20,000 nt of DNA from an uncultured virus (IMG/VR IMGVR_UViG_3300017991_000099) (Duplodnaviria; Heunggongvirae; Uroviricota; Caudoviricetes), in the IMG/VR virus record IMGVR_UViG_3300017991_000099, one strand, 5' to 3'. A program made the translations under genes and the position numbers. Shown here in pieces: positions 1-8,600 of the stretch (positions are counted from its first letter, which is position 1; the number at the start of each line of letters is the position of its first letter). A model generated the notes under the pieces. That model saw nothing but the letters and a program-made list of their open reading frames with translations. It was not told where the DNA came from and did no database searches.

Positions 1-55
1 CTGACTTTTGTTTATATATTCAGCAGCAAAGAGGACAAAACAAAAGGGAGAAAAA

Positions 56-271
56 ATGAGCATGACAAACATCAAAACCGTTTACTGTTGGGATGTAAAA
101 GGACGGCATGATCCTTGTGGTTGTCGCCTGTGTAAGAAGATTCAAAATGTGGTTTACAAGCGTAGTATCAATAAGCGTATGCGTGATTATTATGTGCAGC
201 AAGAGGATGGTTCTCAAGTGGCGATGGTTGAGATAAGTATTTCTGAAAAAGATACGAAAAATACTGCTTGA
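56..271 (+). CDS. Hypothetical protein, Cys/His-rich (C..H.PCGCRLC)
   Basis: AAGGGAG RBS then ATG at 56, behind motif copy at 8. Confidence 0.75.
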   Translation: MSMTNIKTVYCWDVKGRHDPCGCRLCKKIQNVVYKRSINKRMRDYYVQQEDGSQVAMVEISISEKDTKNTA

Positions 272-313
272 GAATTGTATATCCAAGTAGGCCAAGACAA
301 GGGAGAAAACGAA

Positions 314-670
314 ATGAAAACGCTCGAATGTGAATGTGGTCGTAAGGTCAAGAACGTGGATGACAATGCCGTTGCTGTAATGTGTTATTTGTGCTTGAAT
401 GGAACGCAACCTATTGACCCTAACGCACCTATTCCCGAAGAAAAGCCCCAGGAACCCAAGCAAGAAAAGCCAAAGCCGGAACCTAAGAAAAGCATGGAAA
501 TCGTCGTGTTCAATAAGGACGATTCTACTGCTACAGGACAGGCTAACGGTATCCAGTTCAAGGCTACACGCAAAATGGGTCTGGACAAGAAGTTGCATTG
601 GATTCTGGAAGGTGATTGGAGTAGGGGACAACGTATCGCAATTTCTCGAAAAATCAACGCGAAAAGTTAG
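314..670 (+). CDS. Hypothetical protein: N-terminal zinc ribbon (CECG...CYLC), Pro/Glu/Lys linker, C-terminal domain
   Basis: ACAAGGGAG RBS, ATG at 314, motif at 275. Confidence 0.85.
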   Translation: MKTLECECGRKVKNVDDNAVAVMCYLCLNGTQPIDPNAPIPEEKPQEPKQEKPKPEPKKSMEIVVFNKDDSTATGQANGIQFKATRKMGLDKKLHWILEGDWSRGQRIAISRKINAKS

Positions 671-718
671 AAAAAATAGGCTCCAGATTTGTATATGTAA
701 TTAGAAGAAAGGAGAAAA

Positions 719-821
719 ATGAAAAAGCATACGTGAGCGCCCCAACCTGCTTCTAAGGCGCTATGACATAAATGGGGGAAGCAGGGGCCAGGAGTTGATC
801 GCCCTGGCCATGAGAAAATAA
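719..821 (+). pseudogene. Frameshifted mini-gene or 5-codon minigene (MKKHT*)
   Basis: Motif at 689 plus AAAGGAG RBS and ATG 719 give TGA at 734-736; the +1 frame stays open to TAA 819-821. Confidence 0.45.
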
Positions 822-886
822 AAAGAAATTGATCAAAAATAATCATCTTGAGAATTGTATATATAGGGAGAAGGGAGAAGAAAACA

Positions 887-1087
887 ATGGCCACTATTCG
901 TTGCTACAATATCAAATGGGACACAGACGGCGAAGAAATTGATTTGCCGGGTGAAGTGGTTATTGAAATTGAGGAAGAAGAGGGAATCGACCTTGAGACT
1001 CTGGTCAATGAACAAGGGGCAGATGTTCTTTCCGATGAATATGGCTGGTGTATTTTTGGATATAATTGGGAAGAAGTTACGAAATAA
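887..1087 (+). CDS. Small, very acidic hypothetical protein
   Basis: AAGGGAG RBS, ATG 887; NIKWDTDGEE...LSDEYGWC. Confidence 0.85.
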   Translation: MATIRCYNIKWDTDGEEIDLPGEVVIEIEEEEGIDLETLVNEQGADVLSDEYGWCIFGYNWEEVTK

Positions 1088-1129
1088 TTGCTTTAGGATT
1101 TGTATATATAAATACAAGGGAGAAAGACA

Positions 1130-1525
1130 ATGAAAAAGGGTGTATTGATCGACGCAGTAAACAAGACAGTGACAGACGTAGAAGTAGAGGATGGAATTGA
1201 CGCTATCTATGAAAAGATCCAGGCAAACAATTTCGATGTTGTGGATATTGCCGACAATGCTACTCTGTACGTCGATGGAGAAGCATTGTGCAAGCAAGCA
1301 TACATTGACGAAGACGGTACAAAACACGGTCTACATGCGTTTTCTTTTGATGGTATTTCTCAAGTTATGATGGGTCATGGTCTTATTCTTGGTTTTGATG
1401 CTAAGACTGGTGAAAGTGTCGATTCTCCCTTCAATGCAGAAAATATCGAAGGCTATATCACCTTTTGCGAGTATGACAGGCCAGAAGATCGACCGCAACC
1501 ATTTATGCAGTTTTTCTCGTTTTAG
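1130..1525 (+). CDS. DUF3846-like phage protein
   Basis: Motif, RBS; pattern LYVDGEAL...GHGLILGFD..GESVD recalled as DUF3846-like. Confidence 0.7.
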   Translation: MKKGVLIDAVNKTVTDVEVEDGIDAIYEKIQANNFDVVDIADNATLYVDGEALCKQAYIDEDGTKHGLHAFSFDGISQVMMGHGLILGFDAKTGESVDSPFNAENIEGYITFCEYDRPEDRPQPFMQFFSF

Positions 1526-1606
1526 TTGCGAAAAAACAGGCTTTTGAATTGTATATACTGTTGTCGAGGGAATAAACCTAAGACAAAAACAACAAGGGAG
1601 GAAAGA

Positions 1607-1807
1607 ATGGACGCAATCCTGACAAAAGAAGAAGCAATAGACCGTATCGAGAATGGCGAGTTTCAGTGTCATAATTGCGGGGAATGGCACCAGACCGATT
1701 TTGACAACTGGAATTACGACCATCAGGGCAACATGTATTGCAGCAAGTGTACGGATGCCTTGATCTGGCGGTTGAGAATTGTTGCATCAAATTACGAAAC
1801 GCTCTAA
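1607..1807 (+). CDS. Small zinc-finger protein (CHNC...CSKC)
   Basis: ACAAGGGAGG RBS, ATG 1607. Confidence 0.85.
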   Translation: MDAILTKEEAIDRIENGEFQCHNCGEWHQTDFDNWNYDHQGNMYCSKCTDALIWRLRIVASNYETL

Positions 1808-1854
1808 AATAACTGCCTTGTCTTTTGTATATATAGGGCAGAAGGGAGAAAAAG

Positions 1855-2094
1855 ATGCTGTACCTTGTCAAGTTTGGTTGCTTTCCAAGCGGTCCTAGAA
1901 GTTGCCTGATTTCTGCCGATTCCAAAGAAGAGGCAAAAGGGTATGTCTCTGAGTATTATAGTTACGGTGAAGATAAGTGGCAAGAGACAGACGAAGACCC
2001 GGTGTATGATTATAAAAATGAAATCTACACCTACACCATTGAACAGGTTGAATTGACAAACGGGATTCTTCATCGGTCATATAATTGTTGCTAA
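1855..2094 (+). CDS. Hypothetical acidic protein
   Basis: Motif 1825, AAGGGAG RBS. Confidence 0.8.
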   Translation: MLYLVKFGCFPSGPRSCLISADSKEEAKGYVSEYYSYGEDKWQETDEDPVYDYKNEIYTYTIEQVELTNGILHRSYNCC

Positions 2095-2190
2095 AAACAA
2101 GAAAAAGATACGAAAAAACAGGCTTTTGAATTGTATATACTGTTGTCGAGGGAATAAGCCCAAGACAAAACAACAAGGGAGAAAAGAACA

Positions 2191-2367
2191 ATGCAAGATG
2201 TAATGACCGAAATCAACACCGACGTTATTGGAAAGTTCAAAATGTCCGAGTTCGTGGAGTATCTTGAGCTTGACGAAAAGCTGGCTCGTAAGTTCTGGAG
2301 AGCATTGCGGAGAAAAGAAGTTATCCAGAAGAAGAATAACCAGTTCTATGTTGACGGAAATCTCTAA
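2191..2367 (+). CDS. 58-aa hypothetical protein, possibly winged-helix-like (not in ORF track)
   Basis: Hand translation MQDVMTEINTDVIGKFKMSEFVEYLELDEKLARKFWRALRRKEVIQKKNNQFYVDGNL*; motif 2131 and RBS. Confidence 0.8.
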   Translation: MQDVMTEINTDVIGKFKMSEFVEYLELDEKLARKFWRALRRKEVIQKKNNQFYVDGNL

Positions 2368-2520
2368 ATAGATCCTTTCCTTCCATGTTCGTGTTTCAAA
2401 TGCTCTTGGGGGTGGAGAAACCACATACTCTCCACCCCCTTCCCTCCCTAAAAAAATAAAAGTTTTACCCCGAAATAATTGCCCTGTGTTTTGTATATAT
2501 AGGCACAAGGGAGAAAACAA

Positions 2521-2943
2521 ATGAATATCGTTTTCCTAGACATTGACGGGGTACTAAACCAAAACGGAAGTATGGATTTCCCGCCTGCATTGGATACAGC
2601 AAAGGTGGGCAATCTGAATCTGATTCTTGAAAATACAAACGCCAATATCGTAATTTCAAGCACTTGGCGTTTCATGTTCTCGCAAGAAGAAATCGAAAAT
2701 GCTCTGACTACTGCTGGCTTCATGTTTCTTGACCGGATTATTGATAAGACTCCGGTTCTAAATGAAGGAACAAGGGGAAGTGAAATCGCTATGTGGATGC
2801 AAGATAAGGACATACAGAGCTTTGCGATTCTTGACGATGACGATGATTTCTTGCCAGATCAAATGCCTTTCCTGGTCAAGACAGACTTCGATACTGGTCT
2901 GACAAGAGAACATGTAGAAAAAGCAATCGAAATCTTGAGTTAG
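2521..2943 (+). CDS. HAD-superfamily protein (Swiss Army Knife RNA-repair-like HAD)
   Basis: FLDIDGVLN motif I, IVISSTWR, RGSEI..W, FAILDDDDD. Confidence 0.9.
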   Translation: MNIVFLDIDGVLNQNGSMDFPPALDTAKVGNLNLILENTNANIVISSTWRFMFSQEEIENALTTAGFMFLDRIIDKTPVLNEGTRGSEIAMWMQDKDIQSFAILDDDDDFLPDQMPFLVKTDFDTGLTREHVEKAIEILS

Positions 2944-3014
2944 AAAATAAGCATTTTACTCCGAAATAATACGCTTCAGAATTGTATATAGAAGTACAAG
3001 GGAGGAATAAGAAA

Positions 3015-3281
3015 ATGCCATATGTCACGAAAAAACACTTCACAGTTGACGGCAAAAGACCTACTACAGCAGATTGGAATGAGTTGTGCAAAGACGACAA
3101 TTTCAATTCTGCTGTTTCTTTCTTTGAGGAAGCACAGTACAGTAAAAAACTTGCCAAACAATACGCAACAGAAGAGGGAGAAAATATTTCCTCTATCTGT
3201 GCCTTTATTGATAGGCTTGGTATAGGCACACACCAAGAAGAGGCAAAAAATTACTCCGGTTATTCTGGACCTATTTCATAA
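3015..3281 (+). CDS. Hypothetical protein
   Basis: Motif 2982, ACAAGGGAGG RBS, ATG 3015. Confidence 0.8.
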   Translation: MPYVTKKHFTVDGKRPTTADWNELCKDDNFNSAVSFFEEAQYSKKLAKQYATEEGENISSICAFIDRLGIGTHQEEAKNYSGYSGPIS

Positions 3282-3342
3282 ATAATCCAGAAATAATGAC
3301 CTTGAGAATTGTATATATGTTCAGTAAAGGGGAGATAAGAGT

Positions 3343-3597
3343 ATGCCGCCAAAACTGATTGCTGAAGGAGAAGAGAGTATGAACAATGTCGATCAACTCT
3401 GGAACAAGTATTGGTATGATCGCGGCTTCAAGGATGGATATGAGGCGTTTGGAACCGAAGCACATCCTCTCTTTGCTGACCATGCTGTTTATATGTGTGG
3501 TTGGGAAGATGGTCAAGAATATGGAGATGCAGTAGTAGAAGGTGAGGAACAGTGGTTTGTTGCAAAGGGTTATCGCTCTGCCCTTTCTGCTTCTTAG
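3343..3597 (+). CDS. Hypothetical protein with an Rmf/CrpP-like pattern
   Basis: YDRGFKDG-x8-HP-x7-YMCGWEDG resembles the RMF pattern RGYxAG-x8-CP-x9-WLGGW; GGGGAG RBS; alternative start 3379. Confidence 0.6.
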   Translation: MPPKLIAEGEESMNNVDQLWNKYWYDRGFKDGYEAFGTEAHPLFADHAVYMCGWEDGQEYGDAVVEGEEQWFVAKGYRSALSAS

Positions 3598-3721
3598 ACG
3601 TTGTTCGTTCTCTGGGAGGGGAGTCTGGTCAACTCCCCTCCCTCCTCTAAAAATAAATAGTTTTACCCCGAAATAATTACTCTGCCTTTTGTATATATAA
3701 ACACAAGGGAGGAATAAAAAA

Positions 3722-4045
3722 ATGCTTACCGTCGAATACTACTGGCATTGCGTATCTGCTGAAAAGGCTGTCTACAAGATCGAGGGCAGCAAAGATACAT
3801 ACACTGTTTCTTACGATCACAATTATATCAATACCAAGGGTCAGGGTTGGCATTGTCCTTGTCAGGGTTTCACTTTTCGTAAGACCTGCAAGCACGTAAA
3901 AGAAGCACAGGCAAAGCATTGTGGTTGGCTCCAGTTCGTTTCTGGTGGGGATGCTGTTGACGTTCCTGAGAATGACGAATATACTAACGGAAAAGCCTGC
4001 CCTGAGTGTGGCGGTCCAGTTGCTTCAAGAGGATGGGGAGTGTAA
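3722..4045 (+). CDS. SWIM zinc-finger protein with a C-terminal CPECG knuckle
   Basis: YTVSY...WHCPCQGFTFRKTCKHV fits SWIM CxC...CxH. Confidence 0.88.
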   Translation: MLTVEYYWHCVSAEKAVYKIEGSKDTYTVSYDHNYINTKGQGWHCPCQGFTFRKTCKHVKEAQAKHCGWLQFVSGGDAVDVPENDEYTNGKACPECGGPVASRGWGV

Positions 4046-4048
4046 TAA

Positions 4049-4657
4049 ATGCTCTTTGTTGGTGACGTACACGGTAAGTTTGACGCATTTGAGAGCCTAC
4101 TATATAAACACCTGGATAATAAACCAGTCTTCCAATTAGGAGATATGGGAATAGGCTTTACAAATTGGAATGATGGTCTATATTCCCGTATCGTCCCTAA
4201 CCATAGATTCATAAGAGGCAACCACGACGACCCGGAAAAGTGTGAAAAAGAATACAATTATTTAGGTGACTTTGGTTTCCTGAAAGAACATAATCTCTTT
4301 TATATAAGTGGGGCGCATTCAATAGATAAACATTTGAGAACAGAAGGTAGGGATTGGTGGCCTGGAGAAGTATTCAATTATACACAACAAGAGGAATGTG
4401 TAAAATTATATACAGAAGCAAAACCTAAAATTGTAATGTCGCATGAATGTCCTAACGATTGTGTTCAATATGTTGCAAAATACGGTTCGAGTAAAAATAA
4501 TAACGATAGCATGAAAATGATGTTGAATCATATGCTTTCGATACATGAACCAGAACATTGGATATTTGGGCATTATCATATTACATTGCATTTTGAATTG
4601 CCGGATTGCTCAACAAACTTTCATGCTGTAGACGAATTAGATACTTTTTCTCTCTAA
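4049..4657 (+). CDS. Calcineurin-like metallophosphoesterase
   Basis: GDVHG, LGDMG, RGNHD, SHECP, FGHYH motifs. Confidence 0.93.
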   Translation: MLFVGDVHGKFDAFESLLYKHLDNKPVFQLGDMGIGFTNWNDGLYSRIVPNHRFIRGNHDDPEKCEKEYNYLGDFGFLKEHNLFYISGAHSIDKHLRTEGRDWWPGEVFNYTQQEECVKLYTEAKPKIVMSHECPNDCVQYVAKYGSSKNNNDSMKMMLNHMLSIHEPEHWIFGHYHITLHFELPDCSTNFHAVDELDTFSL

Positions 4658-4720
4658 ATAATTGCCTTGTGTTTTGTATATATGTTTGTTGGAGAAAGAC
4701 ACTCAAACAAGGGAGAAAAA

Positions 4721-5032
4721 ATGCTCAATTCGCTTCTGACCGGCAATGCACCTATCGAGACTAACGAGATTCACGCAGCAGTAACAGAGCGATTCAATGC
4801 TATTCGTCATACCCTCAATGAAAAGGAAGGCGATTATATTTATTTGGGCAATCGCTGTAATCCTGTCAATTTGGGTTGGCGTTTTTGTCAGAATGTTGGT
4901 GGCTACTTGGGTTGTGAAGATTTTGACCCGGCAGATATTCTCGCTGGCAAGTATGACGAAGGAATTGAAGCTACTTGGCATGACGCAGCTTCCGCACAAC
5001 ATTGGTATACTTACGAAAAAGAATGGGAATAA
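4721..5032 (+). CDS. Hypothetical protein
   Basis: Motif 4674, ACAAGGGAG RBS, ATG 4721. Confidence 0.8.
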   Translation: MLNSLLTGNAPIETNEIHAAVTERFNAIRHTLNEKEGDYIYLGNRCNPVNLGWRFCQNVGGYLGCEDFDPADILAGKYDEGIEATWHDAASAQHWYTYEKEWE

Positions 5033-5097
5033 AAAACAAAACCCCTAAATAATTGCCTTGTGTTTTGTATATATAAGCACAAGGGAGAAATAAGAAA

Positions 5098-5286
5098 ATG
5101 AATATGCTCGAAAAAATGGCAGAAAGAATCGTGCAAGAAGGTGATTATCAAAAACTTATCAACGCTCTGATGAAGGCTGCCAAGGAATGCAATAAGGATT
5201 ACGAAGCACAAATTGAATTGATCAGAACACTTGAAGAACACAAAGAAGGAAATGAAAATCTTGCTTTTCTAAGTAGTTTTTCCTAA
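5098..5286 (+). CDS. Small helical hypothetical protein
   Basis: Motif 5065 and RBS. Confidence 0.8.
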   Translation: MNMLEKMAERIVQEGDYQKLINALMKAAKECNKDYEAQIELIRTLEEHKEGNENLAFLSSFS

Positions 5287-5338
5287 AATAATTGACCTGG
5301 AAATTGTATATATAAAAAGACATAAAGGAGAAAATAAA

Positions 5339-5665
5339 ATGAAGGTCGAAATTACTGGCTTCAACAAAGAGCGTAAGATTCCCGCTATCAAGGCTGTCCG
5401 TACTTTGACAGGTATGGGCCTCAAGGAATCCAAAAACATTATTGACGATACTCAGGATGGAAATAAACATAGTATCGAAACCAATCCTGAATTTGATGTG
5501 CGTCAGATTGTCAATATTTTGGATGAAGGAGAAGTTCAATACAACATTATTTCCAATCTTGTTACTCACCATTTGAAGGAAACACTTCAGGTTGCTCTTG
5601 ATAAACACAACTTTGAACTGGTTTGTGATCTTGCTGCCGTTGCTAAAAAGCATGGATTGGAGTAA
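5339..5665 (+). CDS. Ribosomal protein bL12 (L7/L12) C-terminal-domain-like protein
   Basis: KIPAIKAVRTLTGMGLKESKNIID matches the bL12 signature KIxVIKAVRxxTGLGLKEAKxLVE. Confidence 0.85.
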   Translation: MKVEITGFNKERKIPAIKAVRTLTGMGLKESKNIIDDTQDGNKHSIETNPEFDVRQIVNILDEGEVQYNIISNLVTHHLKETLQVALDKHNFELVCDLAAVAKKHGLE

Positions 5666-5669
5666 AAAA

Positions 5670-5855
5670 ATGAATGTTTATCTTGCAGAACCGGGATTTG
5701 TTAATCCAGTATTCAAGAGTGGAATTCAAACTGTTCGCTGCTGGGATGCTTTGAAACACTATCTCGAAAAGGAAGTTGCACTGAAAGAGAATGAAGAAAT
5801 TGAAGCTATCGAAGTTGGGGGATACGGAATAAAAATCAAGATTGTTCAGAAATAA
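5670..5855 (+). CDS. Hypothetical protein
   Basis: GGAG RBS inside the end of the previous gene, ATG 5670; stop lies in the AAATAA of the next motif. Confidence 0.75.
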   Translation: MNVYLAEPGFVNPVFKSGIQTVRCWDALKHYLEKEVALKENEEIEAIEVGGYGIKIKIVQK

Positions 5856-5931
5856 TTGAGTTGACTTTTGTATATATAATTGTTGGAAGGGAATGGACCT
5901 AACCAACAAAAACATAAGGGAGAACAAAACA

Positions 5932-6138
5932 ATGTCAGTCAATGCAAGGGGTGGAGAGTTTCGTGGTTCCGAGCGTTCCCAGGCACACAATGCAATTTTC
6001 GAGTGTCCTATCTGTGGCACTATGAACACCAAGCGTAAGTCTTTTGCTGTTCGTGGTGGTCGTTTTTGTAAGAAGCACGGGGACGAGACTTCTGTTATTA
6101 TGGTCATGGATCACCGCAAGAAGAGAAAGAGAGCGTAA
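5932..6138 (+). CDS. Small basic zinc-finger protein (CPICG...CKKH)
   Basis: AAGGGAG RBS, ATG 5932. Confidence 0.8.
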   Translation: MSVNARGGEFRGSERSQAHNAIFECPICGTMNTKRKSFAVRGGRFCKKHGDETSVIMVMDHRKKRKRA

Positions 6139-6140
6139 AA

Positions 6141-6338
6141 ATGGCTAAATACGAAGCGGAAAGAGAATTGATCAAGAGAAACCTTAGCACTATGGGAGTG
6201 ACGAAAGGTGCAATGAAGGGGTGCAGAATCAACACGTTACGTATGATGTTGCTTGAAAAGGTGCTTCCTATGAGCCAAGAAAATCGGCAGATCATTATGA
6301 GGGCGGTTTGGCCCAACGGAATGCCAAATAATGACTGA
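6141..6338 (+). CDS. Hypothetical protein
   Basis: Starts 2 nt after the previous stop. Confidence 0.7.
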   Translation: MAKYEAERELIKRNLSTMGVTKGAMKGCRINTLRMMLLEKVLPMSQENRQIIMRAVWPNGMPNND

Positions 6339-6406
6339 AAAATCTCTTTTGTTCTGAATTTTTTACTTTAACTTTTGTATATATAAAAAGAAAGGAAACA
6401 AAACAA

Positions 6407-6583
6407 ATGGCTAAGTCAAAAAAGCAACTTTACGAAGAAGCAGTTGAGCGGAACCTTGCAACTGCCCAAAACGCCAAAAAGAGCAAGTATAAGGGTATGG
6501 CGTTCAATGAGGCAAAAATTAAGATTGGGATTCGCAACGACGACGAATCTTATGACGATCAGGTAAAACAAGCAATCAAATAG
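6407..6583 (+). CDS. 58-aa hypothetical protein (not in ORF track)
   Basis: Hand translation MAKSKKQLYEEAVERNLATAQNAKKSKYKGMAFNEAKIKIGIRNDDESYDDQVKQAIK*; motif 6375, AAAGGA RBS. Confidence 0.75.
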   Translation: MAKSKKQLYEEAVERNLATAQNAKKSKYKGMAFNEAKIKIGIRNDDESYDDQVKQAIK

Positions 6584-6607
6584 CAAAATCACAAAAGATA
6601 AATAAAA

Positions 6608-6946
6608 ATGAATGATTGGCCTAAGTATGATCGACCGTTTTTCTTCCATGTCAATACGGATCTTTTGGCTTTTAAGGAAATTACCGTATGTGCCAAACCT
6701 AAAGAACCTGGAAGTGAATATTTTGCAGTTGGAGTAGCCTGTTGCAGTAAAGGTGACTCGTACAATAAGAAGTTGGGAAATAGGATTGCAAGGGGCCGAG
6801 CTACTGTCAGGTCAAATATTTCAGTTAAAGCAAAGAGTCCTACTGAATTGAAAAATGTTGTTGATTCTCTTGCCCATGATATAGACGAAAAACAGCATTG
6901 GCTCTATAAAGATAAGAATTGTGCTTGCGGATCTTGCTCGCACTAA
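6608..6946 (+). CDS. Conserved-looking phage hypothetical protein
   Basis: GVACCSKGDSYNKKLGNRIARGRA, a GxAxCSxxDxxxKKxGxxIAxGR pattern I recall from phage proteins. Confidence 0.75.
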   Translation: MNDWPKYDRPFFFHVNTDLLAFKEITVCAKPKEPGSEYFAVGVACCSKGDSYNKKLGNRIARGRATVRSNISVKAKSPTELKNVVDSLAHDIDEKQHWLYKDKNCACGSCSH

Positions 6947-7060
6947 AAGAAATCCCTTGTGTCCTGGGTAGAGAGAGTATGTTTATCCCCCACCTAAAAA
7001 CTGCCCAACAAAAATATGCTCTCTCTACCCTCTCCCTTGTTATATAAAGGATAAATAAAA

Positions 7061-7243
7061 ATGTCAGAAGAAGATAATAGACTCACTCCCAAATACTGCA
7101 AAAAATGTGGTACTCAACAATATTCCACTATTGTTTGCCCTATCTGTGGAAATAAATCATATACAACATTCAAACAAAAGAAAATCCTTGGCGGTAGAGA
7201 AATATTAGACGAAAACCCACACGATAAATATGGAAATGATTAG
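7061..7243 (+). CDS. Small zinc-ribbon protein (CKKCG...CPICG)
   Basis: Two CxxC knuckles; AAAGGA RBS. Confidence 0.75.
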   Translation: MSEEDNRLTPKYCKKCGTQQYSTIVCPICGNKSYTTFKQKKILGGREILDENPHDKYGND

Positions 7244-7287
7244 AAACTTTTGCTCCTGGAATTGTATATACATAAAGAAATAACAAA

Positions 7288-7405
7288 ATGAAGAAATGCC
7301 CTGTTTGTTCTAGTACAAAATACTAGAACAATATGCAAACCCAAAGACGAACTAAGAGAATGTAAATCCTGTGGACATATCTATCTCAAACAAGAAAGAA
7401 AATAA
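7288..7405 (+). pseudogene. Frameshifted zinc-ribbon mini-gene (CPVC / CKSC in different frames)
   Basis: MKKCPVCSSTKY* in frame 0; the +1 frame continues NTRTICKPKDELRECKSCGHIYLKQERK* to TAA 7403-7405. Confidence 0.7.
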
Positions 7406-7407
7406 AA

Positions 7408-7743
7408 ATGTTCAATATAGACTCGCAACCTAGATACTTACACGATTGCGATAATTGCCTTTTCCTTGGCTGTTATAAAGAGTTTGATTGCTACTGGTGT
7501 CAAGGCTCTACCTCAATCGCTGGAGGCTCTGTAATCGCTCGATATGGCTCAGAAGGACGTGAATATAGCTCAAGTCCTGTTGCTATTGTCCTGTATGCTG
7601 ATATTACAGATAATGTCCTCTTCAAAATTGCCCAATATCTACTAAGAGCAGGATATATCAAACTACAAGTAAACCAGGAAAGAATTGAAGAAGACGAACC
7701 ACTCTATGAAAGCCTATGGAATGCAAGAAAAACTGTATATTGA
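7408..7743 (+). CDS. Conserved-looking phage protein (HDCxxCxFLG...ARYG...YSS)
   Basis: Metal-binding-like motif; ATG 2 nt after the upstream stop. Confidence 0.8.
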   Translation: MFNIDSQPRYLHDCDNCLFLGCYKEFDCYWCQGSTSIAGGSVIARYGSEGREYSSSPVAIVLYADITDNVLFKIAQYLLRAGYIKLQVNQERIEEDEPLYESLWNARKTVY

Positions 7744-7951
7744 TAAATTCGGCAATCGCTACTGGTATAATGATGATGGATACCTGCATCGTAATAATGG
7801 ACCAGCAGTAGAATGGAATAGTGGCTCTAAAACATATGCTAAAGATGGAAGAATAATAAGACACTCATATCCTTTGAAATATAACGATAATATCTCGCAA
7901 TCATTTATTCTCTGTGCAATGGGCTTTCCAAGAATAAAAGGAATAAAATAA
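7721..7951 (+). CDS. LHRxxGPAVE (MORN-variant-like) repeat protein
   Basis: GNRYWYNDDGYLHRNNGPAVEW; paralogous to 8593-8814. Confidence 0.75.
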   Translation: MQEKLYIDKFGNRYWYNDDGYLHRNNGPAVEWNSGSKTYAKDGRIIRHSYPLKYNDNISQSFILCAMGFPRIKGIK

Positions 7952-8019
7952 AAAACAGGGAACAAACTCCTTTTGCCAAGCGTATGTATTCGAACGCTAT
8001 ATAAAAAGGAGAATATACA

Positions 8020-8370
8020 ATGAAAGATCCCAAAGATTACCTGAAGAAACCCAAACCAGTTGTCATTGATAGAGGAGCATATGGCCTAAAAGAAGGTCAA
8101 CAAGTCCCAATAGAATTCTGCCCTGCATTTGTATGTATCGACTGTGGACATAAACAAAGAGAAACATGGTCGAAAATGAAACGGGCCGCAATGCCTAGAT
8201 GCCAATTGTGCGGTGGAGCCTTAGACCTGCCAACAAAAGTAAAAGAAGAAGCAAAGAAAGATAGAGAAATTGACAGTACAGATTATAGATGTAAAAAATG
8301 TGGATGCAAATTAAGAAGAGGAAATTTTGATGATTATTGCTCCCCATGTCAAAATTCCTTCAAGTTATAA
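8020..8370 (+). CDS. Double zinc-ribbon protein
   Basis: CIDCG..CQLCG and CKKCG..CSPC; AAGGAG RBS. Confidence 0.85.
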   Translation: MKDPKDYLKKPKPVVIDRGAYGLKEGQQVPIEFCPAFVCIDCGHKQRETWSKMKRAAMPRCQLCGGALDLPTKVKEEAKKDREIDSTDYRCKKCGCKLRRGNFDDYCSPCQNSFKL

Positions 8371-8471
8371 TTCCTGAATAGTCGATATAATATATAGGGA
8401 ACAAAAGGAAGCCAACACTGGTTCCTTAAAAAGAGGAAGCCATGACATAACCCCCAATTAGAAAGGGGAAT

Positions 8472-8600
8472 ATGAACATGGTACGCTTTATTGCGGCAAG
8501 AGTTTTAGTAGCAGCAGTAAAAACATTGGCAAAATTGGCAATCAAGTTGGCAGGCCATGGATACTTCGAAATACAAATATTCAGAATAAAAAATGGCTAA
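8472..8600 (+). CDS. 42-aa Ala-rich amphipathic peptide (not in ORF track)
   Basis: GAAAGGGG RBS; MNMVRFIAARVLVAAVKTLAKLAIKLAGHGYFEIQIFRIKNG*, overlapping the next start. Confidence 0.5.
   Translation: MNMVRFIAARVLVAAVKTLAKLAIKLAGHGYFEIQIFRIKNG

Noticed and set aside
20..6649. Long minus-strand ORFs (20-631, 833-1327, 1331-1723, 2077-2520, 5222-5653, 5643-6107 and others)
   Set aside because: Antisense shadows of well-supported plus-strand genes, crossing motifs and lacking an RBS
719..7405. Alternative genetic code (TGA or TAG recoded) to explain the early stops at 734 and 7324
   Set aside because: Many genes end at TGA or TAG exactly at the next motif, long ORFs are intact under code 11, and both cases are explained by a one-base frameshift
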